DNA of 39,995 nt from Candidatus Micrarchaeota archaeon (GTDB taxonomy: Archaea; Micrarchaeota; Micrarchaeia; Anstonellales; Bilamarchaeaceae), in contig JAQBFN010000051.1 in the NCBI GenBank assembly GCA_032123335.1, positions 1 through 39,995 on the forward strand, read 5' to 3'. The position numbers and the translations under genes are program-made. This document shows, piece after piece, positions 9,020 through 18,052 of this stretch. The notes under the pieces were generated by a model, which ran no database searches, had not been told where the DNA came from, and saw nothing but the letters and a program-made list of their open reading frames with translations. Positions within the stretch are counted from its first letter, which is position 1. Each line of letters begins with the position of its first letter.

Positions 9020-10230
9020 AGTTCTGGGACACAGCCCATTATTCATTCGAGCACCTTAAGCACAGGGGCCTGCGCACCTGGCTTACCCTCTTGGGGATAG
9101 TAGTGGGAATCGCTGCCGTAATTCTTCTTGTGGGGCTTGCGCAGGGCCTCCGCGCCAGCGTAGCCGAGGAGCTTGAGCTTTTCGGCCCGGACCTCATTGT
9201 AATCCTCCCAATAAACCTTGATGGCGGCGGCTTTGCAGGCCCCACTTCTTTCCGCCCCACCGCAGGAAAGCTTTTCGACAAGGATGTTGAAGTAATAAGA
9301 AAAGTGGATGGGGTCGAAGTTGTAACAAAAGGAATCATGACAAATGCAGACCTAAAATACAGGAGGGACAGCATAACATCAAGCATCATGGGGATTGAAA
9401 CCGACACCTACAAGGACACTATGGTGCTGCGCGAACTTGATGAGGGAAGGATGCTTGAGCCCGGGGACCGCAAAGTAGTCCTCATCGGCTCAACAATTGC
9501 ATATGATACTTTTGAGGAGGATGTGCAGCTCAACTCATTCATTGAAATAGCAGGTGAAAAATACCGTGTTATAGGAATTCTTACGGAAACCGGAAGCAGC
9601 TACTCAAGCGTGGATTCCATGATAATGATCCCCTTTGAGGATGCACAAAGAATTGCAGGGGACACAATCGCCGACCGGGAAGTAAGCGCAGTGCGCGTAA
9701 AGATATCCGAAGGCTACGAACCAATTGAAGTTGAAGATAATATTGAATGGGCGCTCATGAAGCACCGCGGCGTAAACGAAGACGACAAGGATTTCAGCAT
9801 AATAAGCGCGCGCTATATCCAGGAGCAGGTGGATTCAATACTCGGGTCCCTTACGCTTTTCCTCCTGATTGTTTCCGGAATGTCCCTTCTGGTTGGCGCA
9901 ATTGGAATTTCCAATACCATGTTCATGAGCGTGCTGGAGCGCACGCGAGAAATCGGGGTCCTCAAATCCGTAGGCGCCACATCCAAGCAAATCCAGGACC
10001 TCTTCCTTATGGAATCCGCAATGATTGGGCTTTCAGGGGGTGTACTTGGCCTCCTAACCGGCGCCCTCCTCATAGGGATAATCGCACTTTTTGATTTCCA
10101 GGCAGTCCTTTCCCTTGAGATGGCTGCAGTTGCATTCATAGTTTCGGTAGGAGTCGGAATCGCAGCAGGCACATTCCCTGCAAGGAACGCCTCCAAGGTG
10201 CCCGCAGTAGAAGCGCTGAGGTATGAGTAA
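9016..10230 (+). CDS. ABC transporter permease, MacB/FtsX family
   Basis: RTWLTLLGIVVGI; GISNTMFMSVLERTREIGVLKSVGA; PARNASKVPAVEALRYE. Confidence 0.93.
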   Translation: MKFWDTAHYSFEHLKHRGLRTWLTLLGIVVGIAAVILLVGLAQGLRASVAEELELFGPDLIVILPINLDGGGFAGPTSFRPTAGKLFDKDVEVIRKVDGVEVVTKGIMTNADLKYRRDSITSSIMGIETDTYKDTMVLRELDEGRMLEPGDRKVVLIGSTIAYDTFEEDVQLNSFIEIAGEKYRVIGILTETGSSYSSVDSMIMIPFEDAQRIAGDTIADREVSAVRVKISEGYEPIEVEDNIEWALMKHRGVNEDDKDFSIISARYIQEQVDSILGSLTLFLLIVSGMSLLVGAIGISNTMFMSVLERTREIGVLKSVGATSKQIQDLFLMESAMIGLSGGVLGLLTGALLIGIIALFDFQAVLSLEMAAVAFIVSVGVGIAAGTFPARNASKVPAVEALRYE

Positions 10231-11447
10231 TGAGATTAACGGATATACTGGAATACAGCATTGAAAACATGCGCAGGAAGAAGATCCGCTCATATCTCAC
10301 AATCCTGGGTATAATCCTGGGGATAGCCACAATCGTAGTCCTAGTCTCCGTAGGGGAAGGGGTGCGCAAGGAAATAAACGACCAGTTAGATGCTTTTGGG
10401 GCAGACATGATTGCGATAACCCCTTACAGCATTGAGGATGCAGCAAGTGCAGGAATCGGGATGACTTCATCCGGAAAGCTCTACGAAAAAGACATCCGCT
10501 ACATAGAGAAGGTTCCTGGAATCGAAGATATTGCATATGGCACATATGGGAGGGCCAGCCTGCGCTTCAAGGACAAGCAGATAGGGGCAATACTTTTTGC
10601 CGTAACCCCAAATATGCTCCCAATGTACGAAGACTCCGGAATTAGGGTGGAAGAAGGCCGCTATATCCAGGAAGGCGAAACCCACGTAGCATTCCTGATG
10701 AATGATGCTGCAAACGAACTTTTCGGGAAAGACAAGGTAAATGTGAACAACTACATATATATCAACAATATCCGCTACCGCGTTGTAGGGATCGCAGAAA
10801 AAATCGGCACCTCCCTTTCCCAGCAGGATGATTCCGCAATCTACATCCCCTATGTAGACAGCGAGGAAATTTTTGGGGATACGCTTGCAAAGAATGAGCT
10901 CACATTTATTTTTGCAATGACCCAGGAAGGCATGGATGCAACTGAAGTCGGGGAACGGATTGAGGAGCAGCTTGCAGCCTCCCACCGTGTTTCCCTGGAC
11001 AAGAAGGATTTTAGCGTAATGACCGCAGCCTCAATACAGGAAACAGTAAACCAGATTACCGACCTCCTCACAGGTTCGCTTTTCCTAATCGGCTTGATTT
11101 CAGCAATCGTAGGGGGAATAGGAATCGCAAACACAATGTTCATGAGCGTCCTGGAGCGCACAAAGGAAATCGGAATCCTCAAATCAGTGGGCGCCACGTC
11201 CTGGCAGGTTCTTTCCCTATTCGTGATGGAAGCCGCACTTATTGGAGCAATCGGAGGCTTAATCGGCTTGGGAATCGGCTTCCTTTTCATGCAGGTTATA
11301 CCCTATTTTGGAATCACTCCTTACCTCGCCCCGGAAATCGCAGTAGGAGTAGTCCTATTCGCAATGGCAACAGGAATGATTGCAGGATTCATTCCCGCAA
11401 GGAGCGCCTCCAAAATCCACGCAATCGAAGCGCTCCGCTACGATTAG
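10230..11447 (+). CDS. ABC transporter permease, MacB/FtsX family (second paralogue)
   Basis: RSYLTILGIILGI; GIANTMFMSVLERTKEIGILKSVGA; PARSASKIHAIEALRYD. Confidence 0.93.
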   Translation: MRLTDILEYSIENMRRKKIRSYLTILGIILGIATIVVLVSVGEGVRKEINDQLDAFGADMIAITPYSIEDAASAGIGMTSSGKLYEKDIRYIEKVPGIEDIAYGTYGRASLRFKDKQIGAILFAVTPNMLPMYEDSGIRVEEGRYIQEGETHVAFLMNDAANELFGKDKVNVNNYIYINNIRYRVVGIAEKIGTSLSQQDDSAIYIPYVDSEEIFGDTLAKNELTFIFAMTQEGMDATEVGERIEEQLAASHRVSLDKKDFSVMTAASIQETVNQITDLLTGSLFLIGLISAIVGGIGIANTMFMSVLERTKEIGILKSVGATSWQVLSLFVMEAALIGAIGGLIGLGIGFLFMQVIPYFGITPYLAPEIAVGVVLFAMATGMIAGFIPARSASKIHAIEALRYD

Positions 11448-11477
11448 TTATAAATTCTTCTCCCCATTTTTATCCAA

Positions 11478-12614
11478 ATGGACGAGCTGAGAAAAACCTT
11501 TATCGCAGCAATCCTTTTCGGATTCATAGCAGGCTCCATCTCAGTCTCAATTCCTCTATTCCTGGACGACCAAGGCTTCACCTTAGCAGACATCGGCTCA
11601 ATCCTTGCAGTTGCAACCCTCATAGGTGGCTTAGTTGGAATCTACATAGGCGCACACAGCGATGTATTCGGAAGAAAGAACCTGATGTCCGCATTAGGAG
11701 GATTATGGGCAGCCTGCACCGTAATCCTCATCCCGTTCAAAACAATCCTCATTTACATCATTTCCCAGTCCGGCTCAAAGTTCTCATCCGGAACCCTCTG
11801 GAATCTTTGCCTTTCAAGAATTACTGACCTCACAAAGCGCTCAGAACGCGGAACGTACCTGGGCTACTATTCCGCAGCATTCGGACTTGCATTCGCATTC
11901 GCCCACTTAGTAACCGGATTCATTTTTACCAACTACGGAGCAGACACAGTATTCCTTTTCGTTACAATAATCGCCATAATAATGGCAGGATTCATTCTCA
12001 CTTTCAAGGAAGTAAAATCCAAAAAGCAGAAAATCCACCTTTCCCTGGATATCCTAAGGACCAGGAATGGTGCAGCAAACGCAGTGGTCTCCCTCTTGAA
12101 TGGAGCACAAAGAAGCATCATCTACGGATTTGCACTCTACCTATTCCTTGCCCACACATATTCATTTAGCCCGGAAGAAATTGGATTCTACACATTCATT
12201 TTCCTCTCAGTCTGGGGCGCATCAAGCTATTTCCTTGGAAAGTTCACAGACAGGATCGGCTCAGTAACCACCCTATTATATGGTTCCATAATAAACGCAG
12301 CAATCTGGATTACGGTTGCATTCTTCCAGCAATGGGAATTATTCTTTTTCCTGATGATTTTCGAGAACCTCACCTATCCACTCTACGGAGTTTCCACAAT
12401 CAAATTAAGCTCCATGCTTGCCCACCAGGAGAACATAGGGAGGGACATAACAATATTCGGCTATTTCGATATTTTAGGTGCAATGCTTGGTGTCTTCCTT
12501 GCAGGAATCCTGGCAGAAATGAGCTTCTCATATGTATTCCTGTTGCGCGCATTCACAACAATCGCTTCAGGATTAATCGCCTATTTTTTCATAAAACTAG
12601 ACGATAAAAACTAG
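11478..12614 (+). CDS. MFS transporter
   Basis: About 12 hydrophobic segments, with motif A 'GAHSDVFGRK' and its repeat 'GKFTDRIGS'. Confidence 0.88.
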   Translation: MDELRKTFIAAILFGFIAGSISVSIPLFLDDQGFTLADIGSILAVATLIGGLVGIYIGAHSDVFGRKNLMSALGGLWAACTVILIPFKTILIYIISQSGSKFSSGTLWNLCLSRITDLTKRSERGTYLGYYSAAFGLAFAFAHLVTGFIFTNYGADTVFLFVTIIAIIMAGFILTFKEVKSKKQKIHLSLDILRTRNGAANAVVSLLNGAQRSIIYGFALYLFLAHTYSFSPEEIGFYTFIFLSVWGASSYFLGKFTDRIGSVTTLLYGSIINAAIWITVAFFQQWELFFFLMIFENLTYPLYGVSTIKLSSMLAHQENIGRDITIFGYFDILGAMLGVFLAGILAEMSFSYVFLLRAFTTIASGLIAYFFIKLDDKN

Positions 12615-12617
12615 AAA

Positions 12618-14411
12618 CTAATCAACCGGCTCATCCCAGTTCCAGTTGGGGGACTCCATCGCATCCCTTCTCTTCGCTTCCTTGATCCTCCTGCCAATTT
12701 CAGTGCCACTAAGAATATGGTCGTATATTTTTTCTTTGTTTCCATGCCCATTGGAAACATCTGAAGAAACTGCAATTGCCCCCCACATAATCGTGGAAAT
12801 CGGGAAAACATCAAGAACACGCAGCCCTCCGCTTTCAATGGGCATCTTTAGCTCCTCTTCAGTAAACCTCTGGCTCTTGAAAGTATATCTGTTGTTGTTT
12901 GTCCCCCCATTCTCCTGAGTTCTCGTAACAGTAACCCTTCCCCTTCTCTCAACAATGTCCATGTTCATTCCAGAAGTGTAGAACTCCTCCTGTGTTTCCA
13001 CAGTTTCCTTTTTGTCCCTGTAAACAGTAAAGAATGCCATTGCAGGGAGACTTCCTTCCAGGTCAAATTTCCTGAGCGCCCCGTTCAACTGCGCAGACAT
13101 ATTCAGCTGGTCCTTTATGTTCATGTTCCCAAAAGTGTTGAACAGGCAGGCTGCAAGGTCAACAGACTGTGAGCCCAAGTAAGTCATGTCCCCGAGCTCC
13201 CCCAGGATAAGCCTTGTCCTCTCAACTCCACGCTTACCAATCTTTCTTGCAATACTCTTGCTTGCAGCATAGCTCATCTGCCATGAATAATCAATTGATA
13301 TTATGTGCCCAAAATAATCAAACACAGTAAACGTGTTCCCAAGCCCCCTCCTCTCATGCTCTTGCACAAGGCACCTTCCATCTCCCCCTCCGCATTCCAG
13401 GAATGTCCCTTCATTTCCTTTTCTGGAGCTTATGAGCAGCCCGGTCCACCATTTTTCTGATTCAAGGGCTTCCTTAAGGAATGCTGGCCAGATATCCTGG
13501 TTCATTCCTTTCCTGGCGCTTTTTGAGAGTAGGTAAAAGCAGGCATTTCTCCTCATTTCCCCCTTCCCAATAATGTTATGCACAAGCTTGTTCTCCAGGC
13601 TGATAAGGGGGATGAGCTGCCCTTCCGGGCCAGTAACTGCCTTAATGACATTGTTTGGCTCATCTCCTTCCAGGGATTCCCAATACCTTTCTGCAGCTCT
13701 CAGGCTTCCAATCGGTTCAAAACCCCCCCTCTCTGAGGGTGCAAGGAACACAGGGTTGGCTGAAGGGGGAATACTGATCGAAGAGCGCCCCGTTCGTTCT
13801 TCAGCAAGAATGGGAACTTCTTCCTCACGACGAAGGGCATCCAGGGTTTCAGACTCCCTTTTTACAATTCTTGAATATCCACTAATGAAAGCAATCACAG
13901 CATTTCTTGCGGGGTTGCTTTTAAGCTCCCCCAGAGTCCTTTCCCCATGGTTCCCAAGTAGTTCTCTAAGGTAGTCTTTCGCTTTTTCGGTAAGTACTGC
14001 AAGAAAGACATTTCCCTCAAGAGGCTCCCCTGCTTCCACCAAATTGGGAAATTCCGGTCCTCGTTCTTTTAAGTATTCGAGCCCCAGCCTGCAAAGCCGT
14101 GGTACCTCATCCATTTCAACTTTCCCTCCAGGGCCTATGTTTTTTACCAGAGCCTCTTCCAACATCAACTCTGCTCTTTTTGATCCACTATGCAGTTTAT
14201 GGCCTTCCCTCAGTTCGGTCCTGCTCACTATTATTCTTGTTGTTATTTCTCTCTCGTCAACAACTGCCGACACGATCTGATCAGGGGCCCTGTTTCTCTC
14301 TCCTGCCACAAGTAGCCGATTAGGGGATCTTTTTTCTCCTGCACAAAGCATCTTTACCTCTGGAGCCTTCCTAGGAATAACTGCTTCGATTATGTTAGAT
14401 TTTCTATCCAT
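12618..14411 (-). CDS. Protein with a C-terminal class I SAM-dependent methyltransferase domain and an unknown N-terminal half
   Basis: FLECGGGDGR (motif I), IDYSWQM, GELGDM, VDLAACLFNTFGNM and SQRFTEEELK..ESGGLRV. GGGGAG SD before ATG 14411. Confidence 0.65.
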   Translation of the reverse strand: MDRKSNIIEAVIPRKAPEVKMLCAGEKRSPNRLLVAGERNRAPDQIVSAVVDEREITTRIIVSRTELREGHKLHSGSKRAELMLEEALVKNIGPGGKVEMDEVPRLCRLGLEYLKERGPEFPNLVEAGEPLEGNVFLAVLTEKAKDYLRELLGNHGERTLGELKSNPARNAVIAFISGYSRIVKRESETLDALRREEEVPILAEERTGRSSISIPPSANPVFLAPSERGGFEPIGSLRAAERYWESLEGDEPNNVIKAVTGPEGQLIPLISLENKLVHNIIGKGEMRRNACFYLLSKSARKGMNQDIWPAFLKEALESEKWWTGLLISSRKGNEGTFLECGGGDGRCLVQEHERRGLGNTFTVFDYFGHIISIDYSWQMSYAASKSIARKIGKRGVERTRLILGELGDMTYLGSQSVDLAACLFNTFGNMNIKDQLNMSAQLNGALRKFDLEGSLPAMAFFTVYRDKKETVETQEEFYTSGMNMDIVERRGRVTVTRTQENGGTNNNRYTFKSQRFTEEELKMPIESGGLRVLDVFPISTIMWGAIAVSSDVSNGHGNKEKIYDHILSGTEIGRRIKEAKRRDAMESPNWNWDEPVD

Positions 14412-14582
14412 TGTTCTCCCCAAGCATGTGCCTATATATTTTCTGTATGGTTATGTTTATAAACGTGTTCCTATTTGTGATGTTTCGTGTTTTTTGCCTA
14501 AAAATACAAATATTGCACTTCTAAGCCAGCTACATATAGAATAAGGACGAATTTAAAACCTTTCCACCCGCAATATATTTAT

Positions 14583-15566
14583 ATGAGGGATTTGGACCAG
14601 TTGGATAGGCAAATTCTTTACGAGCTTGATGTAAATTCCCGCCAGCCCGACTCCTCAATCGCAAAAAAGCTCAAAGCAAAGGAATCAGAGGTTTCCTCCC
14701 GCATAAAAGAGATGGTTGATTCAAGGGTAATTCTTGCTTTCAGCCCCATAATCAATGTTTACAAGCTTGGATACTGCCCATACCGCATAAGCATCGCTTT
14801 CAAGGACATTTCCAAGGAAAAGCAGCTAGATGTTTTCGAAGCCTTGAATGCCCGGGACGATGTGGGCTGGCTTGTTTCCTGCAAGGGAAGATGGGATATG
14901 AGCGCAGTCGTATGGGCAAAGGATACATATGAATTCCAGGAACTTTTTTCCAATTTCCTCCAGGAATACGGAAAATTTGTTGAAAAGAAAAAGGTTGCAG
15001 TGGTCCACAGGCTGTATCTCTATTCCAGAACCTGCCTTCTCGGGGACGAGGATGCCCCCAAAGTAAAAAAGAGGGAAGTGCTCAGCGAAGGAAAGCCCAT
15101 AAAATTAAGCGATGAGGACTGGAGCATAATGGAAGCCCTTGGAATCAACGCAAGGATGGACTCCCAGGCACTTTCCCGGGTCCTCCAAGCGTCTCCGGAA
15201 TCAATAAATTCCCGCATTAATTCTCTCATGAAAAGGGAAGTAATCCATGGGTTCAGGATAATGCCCAACTACAGCCTTCTCGGAATAAAATACCATAAAG
15301 TTTATCTCCGCCTTTCCGAGCATTCCCATGCAAAGCGCAAGAAGCTCCTTGATTATGCGCGCAAAAACCCCTACATAGTTTACATAGATGAAACATTCGG
15401 AGGCGAGGACATAGAGCTCGAATTCCAGGTCAACCACGAAGAAACCTTTTTCAAGCAGCTTGCGGAACTGAGGGAAAAATTCGATGACTTAATCCGCAAT
15501 CAGGAAGTGGTGACCTTCCAGCAGGAGTACAAATTCAACTTCCTTCCGCCACGCCCCAAATCCTAG
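14583..15566 (+). CDS. Lrp/AsnC-family transcriptional regulator with two tandem HTH+RAM modules
   Basis: 'LDQLDRQILYELDVNSRQPDSSIAKKL' and 'LSDEDWSIMEALGINARMDSQALSRVL', each followed by a RAM-like domain. Confidence 0.88.
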   Translation: MRDLDQLDRQILYELDVNSRQPDSSIAKKLKAKESEVSSRIKEMVDSRVILAFSPIINVYKLGYCPYRISIAFKDISKEKQLDVFEALNARDDVGWLVSCKGRWDMSAVVWAKDTYEFQELFSNFLQEYGKFVEKKKVAVVHRLYLYSRTCLLGDEDAPKVKKREVLSEGKPIKLSDEDWSIMEALGINARMDSQALSRVLQASPESINSRINSLMKREVIHGFRIMPNYSLLGIKYHKVYLRLSEHSHAKRKKLLDYARKNPYIVYIDETFGGEDIELEFQVNHEETFFKQLAELREKFDDLIRNQEVVTFQQEYKFNFLPPRPKS

Positions 15567-15677
15567 CTTTAGAACAAACCTGGATCTGATCATACTATTC
15601 CGGAATTCTGCACCCGTCATTTATTTATCTCACTTCAGGACACCCTTAAATATACTTCCTTCCACATATTATAACGA

Positions 15678-16337
15678 ATGCATATGAGATTTCTACGATC
15701 CAAAATGCGCCATTTAGATGCAGGAGGACAAAACTCACGGCCCCTAGACTCAAAACCGCCAAAACCCAGAACGATATTTAGAAAATTAGCCCCATACGTT
15801 TCAAAACTCCGTCCTGTCAGCAGAAAAAGCAGGCAAATCATTTCGGATACCATGGCAGGCACACTTGTTCTTACCACAGCCGGAACAATAGCTGAAGCCG
15901 GAGCTGCAGGAATGGAATCCGAAAAGGTAAAAATAACGCGGCTCCTCGCAATTCCAATCAACATATTAACCTCCCCGTTGGTAGGGATCCTAAGAAACGT
16001 ATTCTACAAGCTGCTCAAAGTAGAAAAGCCAGAAAAACTCCCATTTAATGAGTGGACTGGAAAAGATCTAGGGCAGCACCTTGTTTATTCTGCAAAAGCA
16101 ACCTTAGTAGATTACGGACTTTTCTTCCTGACCCAACTTCCAATTTACTATGGAATACTAAAACTTGCAGGCGCAACCAAAGAACAGACAGCTGCTGCCC
16201 TACTGTTTGCAGTATACACTCTGATCCCCGTTGCCAGAATTACTGGTTTTTCCCAGGACATTTCCAGAATAAGGATATTCGATGTGCCCCCGGCCGGAGT
16301 CCATGGCCGTGATGGCCCCCAGTCTCCTCAAGAATAA
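15678..16337 (+). CDS. alaE: AlaE-like L-alanine exporter with an approximately 50-aa basic N-terminal extension
   Basis: 'DTMA...E...AGM......RLLAIPINIL..P..G..R', 'D....L.Q.P.Y..IL...GA...Q..AA' and 'GF..D..R...F.V' match the AlaE (YgaW) pattern as I recall it. Confidence 0.7.
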   Translation: MHMRFLRSKMRHLDAGGQNSRPLDSKPPKPRTIFRKLAPYVSKLRPVSRKSRQIISDTMAGTLVLTTAGTIAEAGAAGMESEKVKITRLLAIPINILTSPLVGILRNVFYKLLKVEKPEKLPFNEWTGKDLGQHLVYSAKATLVDYGLFFLTQLPIYYGILKLAGATKEQTAAALLFAVYTLIPVARITGFSQDISRIRIFDVPPAGVHGRDGPQSPQE

Positions 16338-16418
16338 TTTGCAAAACCCCTCACACACTTCACATTTAGCGCATCTTTAAATTCCTTATCCTAGAAAATC
16401 CCTCAAGGTGAGTTTTTC

Positions 16419-17528
16419 ATGTACGAGATTGATGAGATTGGTCCAGAAAGAGTGTTCGAAGTATATGACCAGAAAACTGGCATGCACGGAGTTGCAGTGG
16501 TTGACAACACCGCCCGCGGAGTTGGAAAGGGAGGAATCAGGATGGTTCCCGACCTCGCTACATCTGAAGTGATGGGCCTCGCCCGCGCGATGACCTGGAA
16601 AAACGCAATGGCTGATATTCCTTTTGGGGGCGCAAAGAGTGGAATCCGCGCAGACCCCCGCGCCCTTTCCCCTGAGCAGAAAGAAGCAGTAGTTCGCGCA
16701 TTCGCAAGAAAGCTCGCCGAGCTCACGCCCCGCTACTACATCGCAGGCCCGGACATGAACATGACCGAGCGCGAAATGGCATACATTGCGGATGAGCTCC
16801 AGAACCCCAAGGTATGTACAGGGAAGCCCCTTGAAATGGGCGGGCTCCCGCACGAGCTCGGCTCCACAGGATACGGAGTTGCGCTCTGCACCAAGGTTGC
16901 AGTTGAATTCAAAGGCGAATCCTTAGAAGGAAAAACAGTTGCAATTGAAGGCTACGGAAATGTAGGCACATTCGCCCACCAGTTCCTCGAGGAATGGGGC
17001 GCAAAAGTGGTCGCAGTCTCAGATTCCAGGGGAACAATCTACAACCCCGAAGGCCTCAAGCACGCAGAACTTATGAAAACAAAGCAGGAGCAGAAAACAG
17101 TAACTGCGCATGCAGGCGAAAAGAAGGAAGGAAAGGACCTCTTCGGGCTTGATGTGGACATTCTCGTTCCAGGTGCACGCCCCGACGTGCTCAACGCAGG
17201 AAACGTGGAAAACGTAAAGGCAAAATACGTTGCAGAAGCCGCAAACCTCCCTGCAAAATACGAAATCGAGCAGGTGCTCATGAATAAAGGCGTAGTTGTG
17301 CTCCCGGATTTTGTTGCAAACGCAGGCGGTGTAATCTCATCCTACTGCGAAACAATGGGCTGGAATGCAGACAGTATGTTCAAGGTAGTCACGGACAAGA
17401 TTACCGCGAACACAAAAGTGATGATGGAAAGGGCCCAGGAAGACAACGACACAAGGAAAGCAGCAATGGGCATCGCACGCGAAAGAGTAGAAGAAGCGAT
17501 GGACTTCCGCGGTTGGAAAAGAAAGTAG
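16419..17528 (+). CDS. gdhA: Glu/Leu/Phe/Val dehydrogenase (probably glutamate dehydrogenase)
   Basis: GKGGIR, MTWKNA, PFGGAKSG, GPDM, TGYGV, Rossmann GYGNVG, EAAN and PDFVANAGGVISSY. GGTGA SD. Confidence 0.9.
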   Translation: MYEIDEIGPERVFEVYDQKTGMHGVAVVDNTARGVGKGGIRMVPDLATSEVMGLARAMTWKNAMADIPFGGAKSGIRADPRALSPEQKEAVVRAFARKLAELTPRYYIAGPDMNMTEREMAYIADELQNPKVCTGKPLEMGGLPHELGSTGYGVALCTKVAVEFKGESLEGKTVAIEGYGNVGTFAHQFLEEWGAKVVAVSDSRGTIYNPEGLKHAELMKTKQEQKTVTAHAGEKKEGKDLFGLDVDILVPGARPDVLNAGNVENVKAKYVAEAANLPAKYEIEQVLMNKGVVVLPDFVANAGGVISSYCETMGWNADSMFKVVTDKITANTKVMMERAQEDNDTRKAAMGIARERVEEAMDFRGWKRK

Positions 17529-17531
17529 CCT

Positions 17532-17879
17532 CTAATTCTTTTTCTCATTCTCCCCATTCCCGTTTGCCACCCCAATTATCTGCTCCCCTACCCATTTTGC
17601 CTTAAACACCCCCCTACGTGGCACATTAAGCATCTCATTAAGGAAAGCCATTGATTTTTTGTGGTGGTGGAACCCATAAGAAATGAAGATAAGCGAAATG
17701 AAAATGGTCGCGTACCCCACATACATAAACACGGTTCCAGGCAAAAAGTATCCAATAAAGAAGATCCCACCAAGAAGCAGGCTGAACCCGGTGCGGATAT
17801 ATGCAAGGTCAGTGCGCTCTTCCGCCAGCCTTGTCCTCTCTATGGCCAACCGGTCCCTTATTTCCTGCTTCATCTTCAT
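17532..17879 (-). CDS. DUF202/YidH-family small membrane protein
   Basis: RDRLAIERTRLAEERTDLAYIRTG followed by two TM helices. Confidence 0.85.
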   Translation of the reverse strand: MKMKQEIRDRLAIERTRLAEERTDLAYIRTGFSLLLGGIFFIGYFLPGTVFMYVGYATIFISLIFISYGFHHHKKSMAFLNEMLNVPRRGVFKAKWVGEQIIGVANGNGENEKKN

Positions 17880-18052
17880 GTTCAGATTATTCCTGTAAAC
17901 AATATAAGCCTAACTCCCAATGTGCCTAAAGCGCCATCCCGGGGAATTACCCCCTTTCTCGGTCCCAAGGCGTCAACCGAACCAAAACCCATACACTTAT
18001 AAATAACTTGCACTCTTTGTATTCCAAACTAATCATCTATTGGTGAGCATAT

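Noticed and set aside
13711..13735. GGTTCAAAACCC resembling a tRNA T-arm
   Set aside because: It lies inside a CDS, and no cloverleaf can be built around it.
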